From a virus: DNA of 64,000 nucleotides. The notes beneath the pieces were generated by a model. It saw nothing but the letters and a program-made list of their open reading frames with translations, was not told the DNA's origin and did no database searches. The stretch is taken from the IMG/VR virus record IMGVR_UViG_3300037808_000364, positions 1 to 64,000 of that record; one strand, 5' to 3'. Both the position numbers and the translations under genes were made by a program. Positions 1 through 9,740 of this stretch are shown piece after piece. Position 1 is the stretch's first letter. Every line of letters begins with the position of its first letter.

Positions 1-273
1 TCTTCTCAGATATTCTTCGATCTCACAATGAATGCTACTAATGTCATTGTTAAGACAGATAATACAGACGAGTTTGAGAAAGTCCTAACGTCATTATTTA
101 AAGACACGGGATCTACTGAGGATATGTCTATACAGATTAAGAATCAAATGAAGAGTCACCACACGCCATTCCATCGTGTTGGAACCCTGATGAGACTCTT
201 AGGTGATGAAGAAGCCGCCAATAAGGTTGATCCTGCTCACGGAGTCGTGCTAGAAGTCATCAAGGAGATATAA
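1..273 (+). CDS. Hypothetical protein, 5'-truncated
   Basis: Frame is open from base 1 (SSQIFFDLT before the ATG at 28); stop abuts the next ATG; AAGGAG before the next gene. Confidence 0.7.
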   Translation, partial: SSQIFFDLTMNATNVIVKTDNTDEFEKVLTSLFKDTGSTEDMSIQIKNQMKSHHTPFHRVGTLMRLLGDEEAANKVDPAHGVVLEVIKEI

Positions 274-987
274 ATGAGAATTCTAGTACAATTTCCTACA
301 TACGGTCGGGCTGCTAAGTTTATAGACGTGTTATCTAAGTACGTGGAGTTGTGTAGCGATGAGAATGAAATCACTTTTAACATCAATTGCGACACGTCTG
401 ATTCGACTATGACAAGTGAGTATGTGAAGGGTCGTATTATTCGTTTATTACTGGGTCACAAACCCAGCACACACGGGACAATCTACTACGACGAGAATAC
501 TGAGAAGATCAGTGCTATCAACAATCATATTCCTAAGGATGGTTGGGATGTAGTTGTATGTGCTAGTGATGACATGGTTCCACAAGTGGAAAACTGGGAC
601 AGGGAGATCTCACATGCGATGATGGAGTACTTCCCAGACCTTGACGGCTGTGTTCACTTCGACGACGGCAACACTAATGGAGAGCTAATCACTTTCTCAA
701 TTCTAGGGAAAAAGCTGTATGACGAATTTGGATACATCTACCACCCAGACTACAAAAGCCTCTACTGCGACAACGAGTTCACAGACGAAGTTCGAAGAAT
801 GGGCCGAGAACAGTATATTGATAAGGTTATTGTTAGCCACGAGCATTGGAGTATTGAGGGTTCTGAGAACCACAACGAGGTGGATCTAGCTGTTCAGAAG
901 ACACTTCACTACTCAGGCCGGGACGCTCAGGTGTACGAGCAAAGAAAAGCCCTAGGGTTCCCTAAAGAAAGGATTACAAGTGATTAA
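274..987 (+). CDS. GT-A fold glycosyltransferase (GT2-like)
   Basis: N-terminal ILVQFPTYGR strand, VVCASDDMVP (DxD-like), YCDNEF and HEH motifs. Confidence 0.8.
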   Translation: MRILVQFPTYGRAAKFIDVLSKYVELCSDENEITFNINCDTSDSTMTSEYVKGRIIRLLLGHKPSTHGTIYYDENTEKISAINNHIPKDGWDVVVCASDDMVPQVENWDREISHAMMEYFPDLDGCVHFDDGNTNGELITFSILGKKLYDEFGYIYHPDYKSLYCDNEFTDEVRRMGREQYIDKVIVSHEHWSIEGSENHNEVDLAVQKTLHYSGRDAQVYEQRKALGFPKERITSD

Positions 988-1732
988 ATATTCAATAGGA
1001 ATAGTAACGTTTGAACATCGGTTCGAGAAGTTCTTTAAGCCTCTCATTAAGCAGATCAAAGAGTTCCGTCCAGACATTGAGATAATGGTTGCTATCAATG
1101 GAGAGTATAAAGCTGATTTCAATCAAACTTACAGGGCCGATATTCTGAAATTCATTAGTGAATATTCCAATATCTTTCCCAATATACATCCAGAGTTCAG
1201 ATCGTTAGCCAAATTATGGAACAACCTATTAATCAACGCTAGTAATCATCATGTATTACTGTTAAACGACGATGTTTCTATTTCCAATGAAGCGTTTTTT
1301 GATGCCCTAGAGGGAGTCCTAGAATCAGATGGGTTTTTTAAGATCAACGGCAGTTGGAGCCACACCATGCTGGATAGAAGGATCATCTCCGCATTAAACT
1401 GGTTTGATGAGAGATTTTTAGGGGTTGGCGAAGAAGACGGCGACATGGAGTGGCAAATTGGTGTCCAGTCTGATGGGGGAACTATAAAGTCAATACAAGT
1501 ACCAAATATCATCAACCATGTAGACGCAGAAAATGTACTACAGAATATTAAGAAAGTGAACACTAAATACACTCAGTTCAATCTTGATTTTATTCACTGG
1601 CACAAATATGAGATAGATCCCACTGATGGTCAGCAGTATGGGATTAACCCACGGCCACTAGTGTTGAAGAACCCTAAGCCGCCCCTACACACAACTGAGC
1701 CATTTTACTGGGAAAACAGGGGTGAATTATGA
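980..1732 (+). CDS. Glycosyltransferase family 2
   Basis: SIGIVT, LAKLWN, VLLLNDD, WFDERF.GVGEEDGD motifs; GTG start overlapping the previous gene. Confidence 0.82.
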   Translation: MIKYSIGIVTFEHRFEKFFKPLIKQIKEFRPDIEIMVAINGEYKADFNQTYRADILKFISEYSNIFPNIHPEFRSLAKLWNNLLINASNHHVLLLNDDVSISNEAFFDALEGVLESDGFFKINGSWSHTMLDRRIISALNWFDERFLGVGEEDGDMEWQIGVQSDGGTIKSIQVPNIINHVDAENVLQNIKKVNTKYTQFNLDFIHWHKYEIDPTDGQQYGINPRPLVLKNPKPPLHTTEPFYWENRGEL

Positions 1733-2958
1733 GAGTTCATAGACTCAGCAGTATCGATAAACACCGACGACTATTTGACTCCGATATGAATGGCAGATAT
1801 ATAAATGTGTATCAGTTAGATAACGCGGAGTTAGTAGGTGATCTGATATACCCCAACGTCCGAGTGTTATCCCCTAAGGATAATAAGGTATACAACCCCA
1901 TTAACGAGAGGGTTATGTCCCTCCAGAGTGTGGATACAGAGGATTCTATCGAAGATGTAGCTCCAAGAGGAAGAACCGCTGTTAAAGACCCAGTGTTTTT
2001 CTTCATGTATAACACAGATAATTACTACCATTTCCTGTACGACACTATGCCGTATCTACTGTCGTACTTCAGGATGAAACAGAATTACCGAAATCTCCGT
2101 CTTCTAATGACATATCCAAACGCGGAGGCTCGTAAACTGTACCCATTTGTAGTAGAGTTTCTGGAGTTGGCAGGGATTGATATGGAAAAAGACGTTGTCT
2201 TCGCAGACTCTGGAATGTGGTGTAAACCCATGTTTATCTCAGAATCTTACACTCATGGACATGACTCCAACGCTCCGCCTAGAGCAGAGGTGTACGACTT
2301 TCTCAAAGATATAGCGAAGGATATCAAGCCCAATACAAATTATGGACAAAAGCTGTATATATCCAGACGCTCGTGGAAGCATAACGACAAATCTAACATA
2401 GGTACAGACTACACCACACGGAGACGCTTGGCAAATGAAGACAAACTGGTTGACTTTCTTGAATCCATAGGTTATACTGAAGTATTCACGGAAACCATGT
2501 CTACGGAAGAGAAGATAGGGGTTTTCAAGCAGGCCACACATGTGGTTGGTGCTATTGGTGGGGGAATGCTAAATACCCTGTTTTGCCCAAAGACAACTAA
2601 TATTGAGTGTATAGTGTCTCCCACCTTCTTCGATGTAAATGTAAGATTCACTCATGGACTTCCTTCTGGCACTAGGATGTTTGGCAGCACCGAGCACGTA
2701 GAAAAGAGAACCTACAAGAACCATATGAGAGCATCTGACCTTCAGGGTAATGTTGGGGAAATTTGTAGGATGAAGGGTGATGAGGCGGGTATGATCGGAC
2801 TGAAGTATCTAGATAAACAGAGGGTCGCTGGATGGAATCTTCAAGCAAGTTACCGTAGAAAGCTAGTACGTGAAGAAGATTTAAAACTCTTAGATAAAGG
2901 GTTAAATTCTGAATGGACTATGAACCTTGAACAATTTAAGCAGATGATGAATGAATAA
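1729..2958 (+). CDS. Glycosyltransferase family 61 (DUF563-like)
   Basis: NYYHFLYD, LYISRR, RRLANE, F..ATHVVGAIGGGMLN motifs typical of GT61. Confidence 0.85.
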   Translation: MRVHRLSSIDKHRRLFDSDMNGRYINVYQLDNAELVGDLIYPNVRVLSPKDNKVYNPINERVMSLQSVDTEDSIEDVAPRGRTAVKDPVFFFMYNTDNYYHFLYDTMPYLLSYFRMKQNYRNLRLLMTYPNAEARKLYPFVVEFLELAGIDMEKDVVFADSGMWCKPMFISESYTHGHDSNAPPRAEVYDFLKDIAKDIKPNTNYGQKLYISRRSWKHNDKSNIGTDYTTRRRLANEDKLVDFLESIGYTEVFTETMSTEEKIGVFKQATHVVGAIGGGMLNTLFCPKTTNIECIVSPTFFDVNVRFTHGLPSGTRMFGSTEHVEKRTYKNHMRASDLQGNVGEICRMKGDEAGMIGLKYLDKQRVAGWNLQASYRRKLVREEDLKLLDKGLNSEWTMNLEQFKQMMNE

Positions 2959-3559
2959 TGTCATAGCTATCTGCGGAGACTCTGGTAGTGGTAAGACCAC
3001 GCTGGCCGCTCAGTTACTGTCTCGTATAAACCACTCTATGGTTCTTGAGTGCGACAGATACCACAGGTGGGAGAGAAGTGACTACCACTGGAAGTATTAC
3101 ACGCCCCTCAATCCGTTGGCAAACCATCTAGACTTAATGGTCAGCGACGTTGAGCAACTAAGGAATGGCAAGGAAATTTTCCAGCGAGACTATGATCATA
3201 CCCTTGGGACATTTACTGAGACACAAGCAATAAGTCCAGAGAAAACAATCATTGTCAGCGGCCTCCACACACTACATATCTCTGCCGACGTAAAGATCTT
3301 CATAGACACGGAGAAGAACCTCAAATACCTGTGGAAGCTGGAGAGGGACTTCAAATATCGTGGCTATCAAATAGACGACATAATGGCTAAGATTAAGAGC
3401 AGGGAAATTGAGTTCCAGAATTACATTCTACCACAGAAAGAGGTCGCAGATATCATCTTAACGTATTTCTGGGATAAAAAACAAACACAGTCTGTTCAAA
3501 TTGTTAATGACAATGAGAGTTCACAAAAAATAGTGAGGATACTAAATGAATCAGTATAA
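2951..3559 (+). CDS. Phosphoribulokinase/uridine kinase family P-loop kinase (PRK-like)
   Basis: GDSGSGKTT P-loop, CDRYHRWER, PLNPLAN, YDH..GTF, GLH, WKLERD...RG, YILPQK..AD resemble the cyanobacterial/plant PRK core. Confidence 0.85.
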   Translation: MNNVIAICGDSGSGKTTLAAQLLSRINHSMVLECDRYHRWERSDYHWKYYTPLNPLANHLDLMVSDVEQLRNGKEIFQRDYDHTLGTFTETQAISPEKTIIVSGLHTLHISADVKIFIDTEKNLKYLWKLERDFKYRGYQIDDIMAKIKSREIEFQNYILPQKEVADIILTYFWDKKQTQSVQIVNDNESSQKIVRILNESV

Positions 3560-4280
3560 CCAAATAGACATTTGTAATAACAACTCCAAGAACTGTATTT
3601 CTAATGATGTTTATGAGGCTTTCAACAAGTTCATATTCTCCAGCGATATCAAGCTGATCGGCAAGCTACTCCATCGCTTTCACTTCTTTCAAGAGACCAA
3701 ACACCTAGCCGGTGACATAGTGGAAGTAGGGGTGTTTAAGGGGTCTGGAGTAGCAACGTTTGTCAAGTTCCTAGAAGTGTTCATTCCCAACTCTAATAAG
3801 AAAATTGTTGGGTTTGACATATTTGACCCCGGTGAAGGCAGTTTCATCTTCAATAATAAAGACACAGAGATCGACAAGAACAGTATGGAGGCCGTCTACA
3901 GCAAGGTGGATAACGATGAATTATCCTTAGAGGTTGTAAATGATCGACTGTTAGGCATTTCAGAGGGTGTTGTTGACAAAGTCAAACTGATCAAGGGTGA
4001 CGTACAGGAGACCATGCCTAAGTTCTTAGAAGATAACCCCGGCTTCAGGGCATCCTTGATCTATATTGATGTAGACATTGAGCGTCCAACATACCATGCG
4101 TTAATGAACCTGTGGGATAGGCTATTACCCGGAGGCGTAATTCTATTCGACGAGTATGAATACCATCTATTTAGCGAGAGCGTTGGTGTGGAGAAATTCC
4201 TGAAAGATAAGGGTCTTAAATACAACGTACACTCTACCGATTGGTTCGCCCCAACTGCTTACATGAGGAAAGAACAATGA
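3546..4280 (+). CDS. TylF/MycF/NovP-family sugar O-methyltransferase
   Basis: GDIVEVGVFKG, GFDIF, LIKGDVQET, IYIDVD..PT, LLPGGVILFDEY. Confidence 0.88.
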   Translation: MNQYNQIDICNNNSKNCISNDVYEAFNKFIFSSDIKLIGKLLHRFHFFQETKHLAGDIVEVGVFKGSGVATFVKFLEVFIPNSNKKIVGFDIFDPGEGSFIFNNKDTEIDKNSMEAVYSKVDNDELSLEVVNDRLLGISEGVVDKVKLIKGDVQETMPKFLEDNPGFRASLIYIDVDIERPTYHALMNLWDRLLPGGVILFDEYEYHLFSESVGVEKFLKDKGLKYNVHSTDWFAPTAYMRKEQ

Positions 4281-4918
4281 TGGACATTGTAGATATGACA
4301 CTGGCACTGGAGCCATTTGTAGTAGGTACGGAGGGAAATACATCATGTAGACATAACATGGGTAAGGGCTTTACTATAAAAGCTAGTGGAAAATCGTTTA
4401 AGAAAATCACATACGGTGACTTTGTAGAGTGTGACAATCTTGGAAACGGCAAGTCGTCACATCTTAAACCCAGCATGGAGAGTGCTCTACACGCTTACAT
4501 ATACAAGGAAAACCCTAAGGTTAACTTCATAGCACATACCCACCCCTTAAACTGCTTGAAGATCGTGTGTAACGCAGATAAAATGTACACATTCGCCAAT
4601 GATAGATTCTTTCCAGATCAAGTAGTGTTCAACGGTCGGAAATCCTGTGTAGTTCCCTACGCTATACCCGGTGAACCATTGGCTCTAGCGTTATCTGAAT
4701 CTATCTCTAATTGGCGTGGTTCGTTTCCAGAGGTGATCTTGCTCGCTAATCATGGTATCATTTGCTGCGGAAAGACCGCTAAGGAGTGCGTCATTAAGAC
4801 TCATATATGTGAGAAGGCAGCGGCTTCCTTCTCGATGGACAACAATCCACTGAGCTATGAGCAGGTTAAAGAAATTCTAGAAGACCCTAAGGAAATTCAC
4901 AGGAGAAACTTAGCATGA
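4277..4918 (+). CDS. Class II aldolase/adducin family (FucA/AraD-like) metalloenzyme
   Basis: EGNTS, IKASG, KPSMESALH, HTHP, LANHG motifs; start moved to the ATG at 4277 (ATGA overlap). Confidence 0.88.
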   Translation: MMDIVDMTLALEPFVVGTEGNTSCRHNMGKGFTIKASGKSFKKITYGDFVECDNLGNGKSSHLKPSMESALHAYIYKENPKVNFIAHTHPLNCLKIVCNADKMYTFANDRFFPDQVVFNGRKSCVVPYAIPGEPLALALSESISNWRGSFPEVILLANHGIICCGKTAKECVIKTHICEKAAASFSMDNNPLSYEQVKEILEDPKEIHRRNLA

Positions 4919-5223
4919 AGATCAGAGTAGACATAGACGAGACCATCTGTTCTTACGAAGAGGATATAGCTCTGGATGGAAAGAAATGCTATGACAAGGC
5001 TATACCCAACCACATAAACATCGCTAAGATCAACAACCTATACGACGGTGGACATGAGATTATCTACTGGACCGCGAGAGGTAGTAGAAGTGGACTCGAT
5101 TGGCATGAGTTCACAGAGAATCAACTGAAGTCTTGGGGGGCAAAATTTCACGGGCTAGAGTGTAATAAACCCTATTATGACCTATTCATAGAAGATCGTA
5201 GTAAAAGGATTGAAGAAATATGA
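4915..5223 (+). CDS. Small HAD-superfamily phosphatase (EcbF/BcbF capsule-phosphatase-like)
   Basis: VDIDETI (DxD), WTARG, KP..D.FIEDR; capless, about 100 aa. Confidence 0.85.
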   Translation: MKIRVDIDETICSYEEDIALDGKKCYDKAIPNHINIAKINNLYDGGHEIIYWTARGSRSGLDWHEFTENQLKSWGAKFHGLECNKPYYDLFIEDRSKRIEEI

Positions 5224-6038
5224 GACGATGTAAAATAGAACCATTATACGGCATGTCACTACACCTAGATTATTATTGTGTGTTTGCCGGATGCCCACAC
5301 ATACAGTTTGAAGTGGTTTTTAATGACGACCTTATTAAACAACTCCGACCAGAGCACTGGAAAGAGTATTCTCAGAAAATGTACGATATTCTTCGAGCAA
5401 GAATGTCAGACTTAGATAATGTGCGTACGACAGATGATAGCACGAGCACTGAAGACTGCCCTCTTATCAAACGTCCCATTCCTCACGATCTAGCTAAATT
5501 CCTAGATATCAAACCCAACTCTATTAAGACAGCAATTCCTCCCGCTACGATACGTGAAAACCACGTAGTCCTGAACACAAAATGTATAACGGTCTCAGAT
5601 TATGGGCTTAAAGAAAAATGGGATGCTATAAAAACACCACTGTTTCATATGCTAAATGACTCTGGTGTTAAAGTGATAATCATAGGAGAGAAAGAACCCT
5701 CTCACTGTCGGGAGTATGATATACATAAAACATTCTCCATTTATAAAGACATTGTTAATGGGGATCTTCTGAATTTGGAAGATCTTACTCAACCTGAAAC
5801 CACCTCGTTGTACGACCAGAGGATTATCGATAGAAACATAGATTGGCTTAGACATTCCCTGTTTAATATCCACATAGGGGAAGGCGGAGGGCAAGTAGTA
5901 TATTCTCACTGTAACAATCTAATAGCACTAACAGGAAGAGAGTTACAGATGTTCAAATTCATAGACAACCCATACTTTACCGAAAATACGTTTGACCAAA
6001 ACGCTTTTCTTGAAATGGTATGGAGTAAATTAGGATGA
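5220..6038 (+). CDS. Hypothetical protein, possible GT-B (GT9-like) glycosyltransferase
   Basis: Coupled within the glycan operon; VKVIIIGE and NIHIGEGGG resemble a GT-B C-terminal Rossmann domain. Confidence 0.45.
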   Translation: MRRCKIEPLYGMSLHLDYYCVFAGCPHIQFEVVFNDDLIKQLRPEHWKEYSQKMYDILRARMSDLDNVRTTDDSTSTEDCPLIKRPIPHDLAKFLDIKPNSIKTAIPPATIRENHVVLNTKCITVSDYGLKEKWDAIKTPLFHMLNDSGVKVIIIGEKEPSHCREYDIHKTFSIYKDIVNGDLLNLEDLTQPETTSLYDQRIIDRNIDWLRHSLFNIHIGEGGGQVVYSHCNNLIALTGRELQMFKFIDNPYFTENTFDQNAFLEMVWSKLG

Positions 6039-6523
6039 AGATTATATCACATAGAGGGAATTTAGACGGTCCCAATATTGAGAGGGAAAATACCCTAAGT
6101 TACATAGATGAAGCCCTGTCTCATGGGTACGACGCGGAGATTGATCTTAGGGTTCAGCATGGCGTTCTTCATTTGGGGCACGATAGGCCGGATCGACAGA
6201 TAAATTATCTAGACCTAAAAGATAGAAGACAAAGACTATGGATGCACTGTAAGGATATCTTATCGTTCTCCTACTGTTCAGGGGGACGTGCGTTTTGTCA
6301 TAAGTCTGACCCCTTCTCCATCGTTACAAATGGTCCGTGGATATCTAGTAACAATGGGTTTATGTGGGTTCACGACTTATCCCTAGAACTCACAAGAGAT
6401 AGTGTAATTCCCCTCATTTCTAAAGAAGATATCGACAACTTTGATCTAGAGAGAGCTAAGTGTATTTATGGTATATGTACGGATTACCCAAACTATCTCA
6501 AGGAGCAGTTGAGTGATCAATAA
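6035..6523 (+). CDS. Glycerophosphodiester phosphodiesterase-like (minimal GDPD/PLC fold) protein
   Basis: IISHRGN, ENT, EIDL, LGHD, WMHCK, GICTD. Confidence 0.85.
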   Translation: MKIISHRGNLDGPNIERENTLSYIDEALSHGYDAEIDLRVQHGVLHLGHDRPDRQINYLDLKDRRQRLWMHCKDILSFSYCSGGRAFCHKSDPFSIVTNGPWISSNNGFMWVHDLSLELTRDSVIPLISKEDIDNFDLERAKCIYGICTDYPNYLKEQLSDQ

Positions 6524-8063
6524 GAAAGATGTACAACTAGTAATCCCAATGTCGGGAATTGGCAAGAGGTTTATAGAGGCTGGCTATGAGACCACTAAGT
6601 CTATGATTGAGGTGGACGGTAAGCCAATTATAGCTCACGTCTTAGACATGTTTCCGGGTGTAGAGGATGTTACGTTTATCTGTAATCAGGACCATATCAG
6701 TAATACCAATATGTCAAAGGTGTTATACGGTCTATGTCCCACATGTAATATTATTTCCATCGCTCCCCATAAGAAGGGACCAGTATACGCCGTATCCAGC
6801 GTGGCACGTCTCTTAGATCGGGATAAGCCTGTTATCGTGAGCTACTGTGACTTTGGTACCGTGTGGGATTTTGAGGGCTTCCTAGGGGCCGTAGAGGGCT
6901 TCGATGGCGGAATACCATGTTACACTGGGTTTCACCCTCACATGCTCAGAGGGGAGAACTACGCCTTCTGTAAAGAAGAGAATATGACCCTCCAAGATAT
7001 CAAAGAGAAGGAATCATTCACTGAGAATAAGATGGATGAGTACGCCTCCAACGGTGTCTACTACTTCAACTCCGGGGCCACAGTAAAAAAATACTTCAAC
7101 CAGTTAATGGATGAAGATATCAATCTCAATGGTGAGTTCTACGTAAGCCTAGTCTACAAGCTACTACTAAGAGATGGACTGAAGACTAAGATCTTTGAAA
7201 TAGATAAGATGTTACAGTGGGGCACTCCTTACGATCTTGAAATCTACAAAGGGTGGTCTAATTGTTTCGCTAATCTCAAAAAGGAGCAAAATACAGCACC
7301 AGAGCAGGACTTCACCCTCGTTCTCCCAATGGCTGGTAAAGGCGAGAGGTTCTCATCTCGTGGGTATAAACAACCCAAGCCGCTAATCCCAGTTAATGGA
7401 GACCCTATGGTTATCAGGGCGGTGAAATCTTTGCCTAAATTCAAGGATTCTTGCTTTATTTGCTTGGAAAAACACACTAACGACCCTATAATAGATAGGG
7501 AGATACAGAAGTATTACCCGAACGCATCAGTTTTAACCACGGGCGGTGTCACTGATGGTCAAGCATGTACGGTTCGCCTAGCTACCAAGTATTTGGATGA
7601 CGAACCCATCCTGATCTCAGCTTGCGACAACGGAGCGTGCTACGACGAGGCTAAGTTCCTAGATCTTGTAAATGATGAGACCGTTGACGTAATCGTGTGG
7701 TCGTTTAGGAATAATCAGACGAGTAAAATCAATCCTGACATGTACTCTTGGTTGGACGTAGACGAGAATAACAGCGTGCGGAACGTATCCTGTAAAAAGT
7801 TTCCGGGTGGAGATCCACTGAAGACACACGCTATCATTGGAACGTTCTACTACAGAAGGGGACGGGACTTCAACGATGGGTTCAAAGAAAACCGTAAAAA
7901 AGATATTCGTACCGCCAGCGAATTTTATGTGGACGATGTTTTGAACAGGAACATAGAAGCCGGGCTTAATGTCAAGGTGTTTGAGGTAGATAATTACATC
8001 TGCTGGGGAACCCCTGACGACTATGAGACCTACAACTATTGGAGAGAGCACTTTGAAGACTAA
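6513..8063 (+). CDS. Tandem sugar nucleotidyltransferase (two BcbE-like NTP_transferase domains)
   Basis: Two copies of the signature: VIPMSGIGKRF...EFYV...WGTPYD and VLPMAGKGERF..PKPLI...EFYV...WGTPDD. Confidence 0.88.
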   Translation: MINKKDVQLVIPMSGIGKRFIEAGYETTKSMIEVDGKPIIAHVLDMFPGVEDVTFICNQDHISNTNMSKVLYGLCPTCNIISIAPHKKGPVYAVSSVARLLDRDKPVIVSYCDFGTVWDFEGFLGAVEGFDGGIPCYTGFHPHMLRGENYAFCKEENMTLQDIKEKESFTENKMDEYASNGVYYFNSGATVKKYFNQLMDEDINLNGEFYVSLVYKLLLRDGLKTKIFEIDKMLQWGTPYDLEIYKGWSNCFANLKKEQNTAPEQDFTLVLPMAGKGERFSSRGYKQPKPLIPVNGDPMVIRAVKSLPKFKDSCFICLEKHTNDPIIDREIQKYYPNASVLTTGGVTDGQACTVRLATKYLDDEPILISACDNGACYDEAKFLDLVNDETVDVIVWSFRNNQTSKINPDMYSWLDVDENNSVRNVSCKKFPGGDPLKTHAIIGTFYYRRGRDFNDGFKENRKKDIRTASEFYVDDVLNRNIEAGLNVKVFEVDNYICWGTPDDYETYNYWREHFED

Positions 8064-8910
8064 AGCGTTTGTTTACTACCATCAAGGAATGACAGATCTG
8101 GTAGTCTGTATGGGTTTGATAGACCATTATAGCTCTCTCTATGATGAGGTGTTAGTATTCCTGAGGTCAGACGTTAGGGATATGATGGACTTCTACCTAC
8201 GGGGTAAAGATAATGTCGAGCCTATCTATTTCAAGGGTGACGACGGTAGATATTATGGAACTATTGAAAAAAGCCTTAGTATTGACAGATTTCACTACTC
8301 ATCCGCTAACAATGGATCTTTATTACTCAACCCAGAATACGTAATGTGTACTCATGGAGAGCATGATAAGTGGAGAGAAGACGAGTTGGGTATGAGGTGG
8401 TATAATTACTTCGTAGCCCACAGGATTGTTCCGGGCACCCTCAAGTTCCCACACTTCACAAAGGCTTTCTATGAGTATTACAACATCGATTTCTCAAAAA
8501 GAGTCACTAACTTCAGTATTAAGAGAGATACAGAGCTAGAAGATGCCGCTTATGAGAAATTCGTCAGGGAGCATGGGGAAGATTATGTCATGTACCACGA
8601 CGATCAGAAACGTGAAGAGACTAAGGGCGTTGGGGTTCCCTACAAATCGACCCATATTAAGCTAGATAGGAAAGAGGGTCTCAGCTATGTCAATCTTAAC
8701 AAAGCAACCAATACGTTCTTTGACTACATTAAGATCATTGAGAACGCACATGAAATACATGTGGTAGACTCTGTTTGGGCCTGCTTGCTGTATCAGCTAG
8801 ACTCTAGATATGGAACGCTAGACAATAAGACCGTCAACGTGTACTGCCAGCGTGGGCACTACGAAATATTCAAAAACCCTATCTCATTATCAAACTGGAA
8901 TCTAATATGA
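8053..8910 (+). CDS. Probable GT-B (GT9-like) glycosyltransferase
   Basis: HQGMTDLVVCMGLI resembles the GLGD loop; IIENAHEIHVVDS resembles the GT9 C-terminal motif; TTG start at 8053 after GGAGAG. Confidence 0.55.
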   Translation: MKTKAFVYYHQGMTDLVVCMGLIDHYSSLYDEVLVFLRSDVRDMMDFYLRGKDNVEPIYFKGDDGRYYGTIEKSLSIDRFHYSSANNGSLLLNPEYVMCTHGEHDKWREDELGMRWYNYFVAHRIVPGTLKFPHFTKAFYEYYNIDFSKRVTNFSIKRDTELEDAAYEKFVREHGEDYVMYHDDQKREETKGVGVPYKSTHIKLDRKEGLSYVNLNKATNTFFDYIKIIENAHEIHVVDSVWACLLYQLDSRYGTLDNKTVNVYCQRGHYEIFKNPISLSNWNLI

Positions 8911-9740
8911 TAGTTCACGCTAACGTTATGATACAGAATGAAGCGTTGATCCTCCCGGAGGTATACAAATACTGGAAGGATTACCCAGTGGACAAGTGGG
9001 TTTTCTACGACGACAACTCCACTGACAATACCGTAGAGGTGATCAGCGATCTGTTTGGGGACAAAGCCATTATCCTTAAGGGTAGGAGAACAGAGTTCAA
9101 CGAGAGTCACAATAGGCAAGAGATGTTGTCCTGCTCTAGATGGAACGATGCTGACTTTGTGTTAGCAATAGATGCCGACGAGCTACTATCTCAGTCTTGG
9201 TTGGATAATTGGGAGCCGTTGTTAGAGTTAAACACCCTCTTCGACCTTGAATTCTTCTGGTATAATGTTGTGGGAGAGATAGGAAAATTCAGAACAGACC
9301 CTATGTATCAGGACAACTACCGTACATTCATGCTACCAATGAAGAGTACGGGAAATTTTGATCTAGGTCAATACAAGTATCACACTCCACGCACCCCTCC
9401 TGTGTGCCTTGAGAGGCGTAGGTTTAAGGATGCTGGAGTCATCCATCTACAGGGTATCAATCTACGGTATTATGCCCTCAAACAACTGTGGTACAAGCAT
9501 TACGAATACAAGAAATGGAACCATCCAATAGACTATATCAATCAGAGGTATGACCCAGTAGTCAACGGTTTCAATTTTCATGAGGAAGATACCCCAGAAT
9601 ACATTCTTGGAGATATGACTTTTGACGCCTCAATTTACGACAAAATAGCAGACGTTAAGGGGTATGAGCAATTTATCAGAGACCACTATGTCCCGGAGTT
9701 GGTGACATTTGGGAAACAATTCTTGGAGGGAATAGAATGA
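8907..9740 (+). CDS. Glycosyltransferase family 2 (Glyco_tranf_2_4-like)
   Basis: QNEA..L, YDDNSTDNT, LAIDADE. Confidence 0.85.
   Translation: MIVHANVMIQNEALILPEVYKYWKDYPVDKWVFYDDNSTDNTVEVISDLFGDKAIILKGRRTEFNESHNRQEMLSCSRWNDADFVLAIDADELLSQSWLDNWEPLLELNTLFDLEFFWYNVVGEIGKFRTDPMYQDNYRTFMLPMKSTGNFDLGQYKYHTPRTPPVCLERRRFKDAGVIHLQGINLRYYALKQLWYKHYEYKKWNHPIDYINQRYDPVVNGFNFHEEDTPEYILGDMTFDASIYDKIADVKGYEQFIRDHYVPELVTFGKQFLEGIE

Noticed and set aside
2951-3559. Calvin-cycle auxiliary metabolic gene (prk)
   Set aside because: Short protein embedded in a glycan operon with no RuBisCO or CP12 context in the window; gene symbol not assigned
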